NCBI GenBank assembly: GCA_034439715.1
Contig: JAWXAY010000104.1
Span: 1 to 32,008 of the forward strand
Source: Pseudomonadota bacterium
GTDB taxonomy: Bacteria; Bdellovibrionota; Bdellovibrionia; Bdellovibrionales; SG-bin7
Direction of reading: 5' to 3'
DNA length: 32,008 bases
In this document: piece by piece, positions 30,152-32,008 of the stretch
Position numbering within the stretch: the stretch's first letter is position 1
How the letters are laid out: every line of letters starts with the position of its first letter
Position numbers and translations under genes: made by a program
The notes under the pieces: model-generated
The model's input: only the letters and a program-made list of their open reading frames with translations
Told to the model about the DNA's origin: nothing
Databases searched by the model: none

Positions 30152-30322
30152 ATGTTGAAAAACCTAGCAATATGGGACCGAATCCTGCGTTGGATGGCAG
30201 GAACCCTAGGGCTTGCATGGGCAGTCGCCGGCGGCCCGCCGTGGGCCTATGCTTCAATTTACCTAATTCTTACATCTACCTTTGGGATCTGCCCAATCTA
30301 TCTTATAGTTGGACTTAAGTGA
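30152..30322 (+). CDS. DUF2892/YgaP-like small membrane protein (56 aa)
   Basis: Below the ORF-track cutoff. MLKNLAIWDRILRWMAGTLGLAWAVAGGPPWAYASIYLILTSTFGICPIYLIVGLK shows the N...DR..R...G and CP.Y pattern; starts 2 nt after the grxD stop and overlaps the next GTG (GTGA). Confidence 0.82.
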   Translation: MLKNLAIWDRILRWMAGTLGLAWAVAGGPPWAYASIYLILTSTFGICPIYLIVGLK

Positions 30323-31701
30323 CAGCATCAGTTGAAGAATTAAAAAAAATTTTGGGAGCAAGTAGAGTACTAACCGACTCCGAGTCTCTAAAAATTTATG
30401 GACTTGATTGGACCAGGTATTATGAACCCAATCCCACGGCTATTGTATTTCCGCAAACCACAGCGGAGGTTCAGAACTTAGTTCAGTGGTCACTGAAAAC
30501 AAAAACGCCACTTGTGCCTTCGGGCGGTAGAACGGGACTAAGTTCAGGGGCGGTCGCCACAAATCGCGAAGTCGTGGTGAGTTTTGAACGCATGAATAAA
30601 ATTTTAGATTTTAATTCCGCTGATCAAACCTTGACCTGTGAAGCCGGTGTAATTACGCAAACTGTTCAGGAATACGCGCTTGAAAAAGGCTTTTATTTTC
30701 CGGTGGATTTTGCCTCTAAAGGGTCGAGCCAAATTGGTGGTAACATTGCGACCAACGCGGGCGGCGTAAAAGTTTTGCGTTATGGTCTTATGCGAAACTG
30801 GGTGACGGGTTTAAAGGTGGTTACGGGGCGTGGAGAAATTATAGAATTTAATAAAGCTCTCGTAAAAAATGCTTCGGGATACGATTTAATGCAACTTTTT
30901 ATCGGCAGCGAGGGTACACTTGGATTTGTAACAGAGGCGATTCTGCGCGTCACCCAAATCCCTCTCCCGCTCCAAGTTATGCTTTTTGGTGTGCCTGATC
31001 TTGATTCCATTATGAAAATATATGAAAAAGCAAAGAGGGCCTTACCCCTCACCGCATTTGAAATGTTTTCGGAGCTCGCGCTAAAATATGTGTTGGCTCA
31101 ATCAAATATGCCGCGTCCGATGCCAACCACACATCCCTATTATGTTTTGGTTGAAGGCGAAAAAATCACCACAGCGGCAAACGAGAGCTTCTTTAAATTA
31201 TTTGAGGACTGCGTGCATGCCGGCTGGGTCAGCGATGGTATAATTAGCCAAACCGATACACAGTTTAAAGAAATTTGGTCCCTGCGCGAAAACGTGGCCG
31301 AGAGCGTATCGCCGCACTCCCCCTATAAAAACGATATTTCGGTACGTGTGAGTGTGGTGCCTGAGTTTATTCGAGAAACCGACAGTCTTTTATCAAAAAA
31401 TTATCCTGATTTTGAGGTCGTCTGGTTTGGCCATATCGGTGACGGCAATCTCCACATCAGCATTTTAAAACCGCAAGCCTGGGACAAACAAAAATTTTAT
31501 TCTGCTTGCCGTAAAGTCGACGACATTTTGTATTCAACAATTCAAAAATACGCCGGCAGCATTTCAGCGGAGCATGGCGTGGGTCTCGCTAAAAAGGCCT
31601 TTCTTCACTATACAAAATCGAAAGAAGAAATCAATTACATGAAACTTATCAAAAACCAGTTCGATCCTGAGAACATCCTTAATCCTGGCAAGATTTTTTA
31701 A
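30319..31701 (+). CDS. FAD-linked oxidoreductase (D-2-hydroxyacid/D-2-hydroxyglutarate dehydrogenase-like, GlcD/VAO family)
   Basis: PSGGRTGLSSGA, IGGNIATNAGG, GSEGTLG, FGHIGDGNLH, SISAEHGVG and DPENILNPGK. Confidence 0.9.
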   Translation: MTASVEELKKILGASRVLTDSESLKIYGLDWTRYYEPNPTAIVFPQTTAEVQNLVQWSLKTKTPLVPSGGRTGLSSGAVATNREVVVSFERMNKILDFNSADQTLTCEAGVITQTVQEYALEKGFYFPVDFASKGSSQIGGNIATNAGGVKVLRYGLMRNWVTGLKVVTGRGEIIEFNKALVKNASGYDLMQLFIGSEGTLGFVTEAILRVTQIPLPLQVMLFGVPDLDSIMKIYEKAKRALPLTAFEMFSELALKYVLAQSNMPRPMPTTHPYYVLVEGEKITTAANESFFKLFEDCVHAGWVSDGIISQTDTQFKEIWSLRENVAESVSPHSPYKNDISVRVSVVPEFIRETDSLLSKNYPDFEVVWFGHIGDGNLHISILKPQAWDKQKFYSACRKVDDILYSTIQKYAGSISAEHGVGLAKKAFLHYTKSKEEINYMKLIKNQFDPENILNPGKIF

Positions 31702-31776
31702 TTTGTTTCAGCCTCAAGTGAAAAGTAAGGTTCTTTCTTTTATTAGTGGCTAGGACTAACGCCTATCCTACTTGTT

Positions 31777-31835
31777 AAACCGTCAATCCGCTCGCATCCA
31801 GCTCGCGCCCTTTGGGCTTGATTGACGGTTTTTTT
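31777..31835. repeat. 12-bp perfect inverted repeat with an internal hairpin and T-run (REP-like element and/or terminator)
   Basis: AAACCGTCAATC (31777-31788) pairs with GATTGACGGTTT (31820-31831); inside are GCTCGC twice and GCCC-TTT-GGGC; followed by Ts; lies between convergent genes. Confidence 0.6.
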
Positions 31836-31897
31836 AAACTTCTCTCGGTCGATCGTGGATGATCGGTGGACCACGGGGGTTGGGGCAGGTGGCCCCA

Positions 31898-32008
31898 TTA
31901 GACAGGATGTCTTTTAATTATTTTCTTTGCTCTATCTCTTTGGTAAGAAATGAGTCCCAAGGTCTCGTGTGTGTTTTTGATGATGTAGTTGCGTACATAT
32001 TCAAAATC
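31898..32008 (-). mobile_element. C-terminus of a probable HUH Y1 transposase (RAYT/IS200-like), runs off the right edge
   Basis: Open frame ...DFEYVRNYIIKNTHETLGLISYQRDRAKKIIKRHPV*; YIxxN resembles the catalytic-Tyr helix of Y1 transposases. Only 36 aa are visible. Confidence 0.5.

Noticed and set aside
31702..31897. tRNA or CRISPR array in the terminal intergenic region
   Set aside because: No cloverleaf or TTC loop, and no regularly spaced direct repeats.

Overview
Dense, moderately AT-rich bacterial chromosomal window of mostly core genes. Gene content (romR, archaeal-type topoisomerase VI, mitochondrial-type aconitase, several lipoprotein proteases) suggests a Bdellovibrionota or related former deltaproteobacterial lineage; this is an inference. 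Order: partial queC, secF, secD, yajC, tgt, queA, led by an orphan 'mobile mystery protein A'-like XRE-HTH gene with a 30-bp palindrome upstream; M3 oligopeptidase with a lipobox; a stand-alone FTP+PepSY propeptide-like protein; kup; a minus-strand lptG-def-fmt-rpe-hutH-hutU run; a plus-strand romR-nadC-birA-thioredoxin-bcp run; a metzincin lipoprotein; top6B-top6A-aconitase; a divergent FKBP; a small HNH; bolA-grxD-DUF2892-FAD oxidoreductase; and at the right edge a hairpin-rich region plus the C-terminus of a probable Y1 (RAYT/IS200-like) transposase. Three coding regions missing from the ORF track were translated by hand: the queC 5' end, the DUF2892 gene and the transposase 3' end. No CRISPR array, rRNA or tRNA was seen. 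No clearly novel multi-gene system is proven. The best leads are the orphan HTH with its operator/anti-SD structure heading the queuosine/Sec operon, the propeptide-only protein, and the RAYT-like end with a REP-like element.
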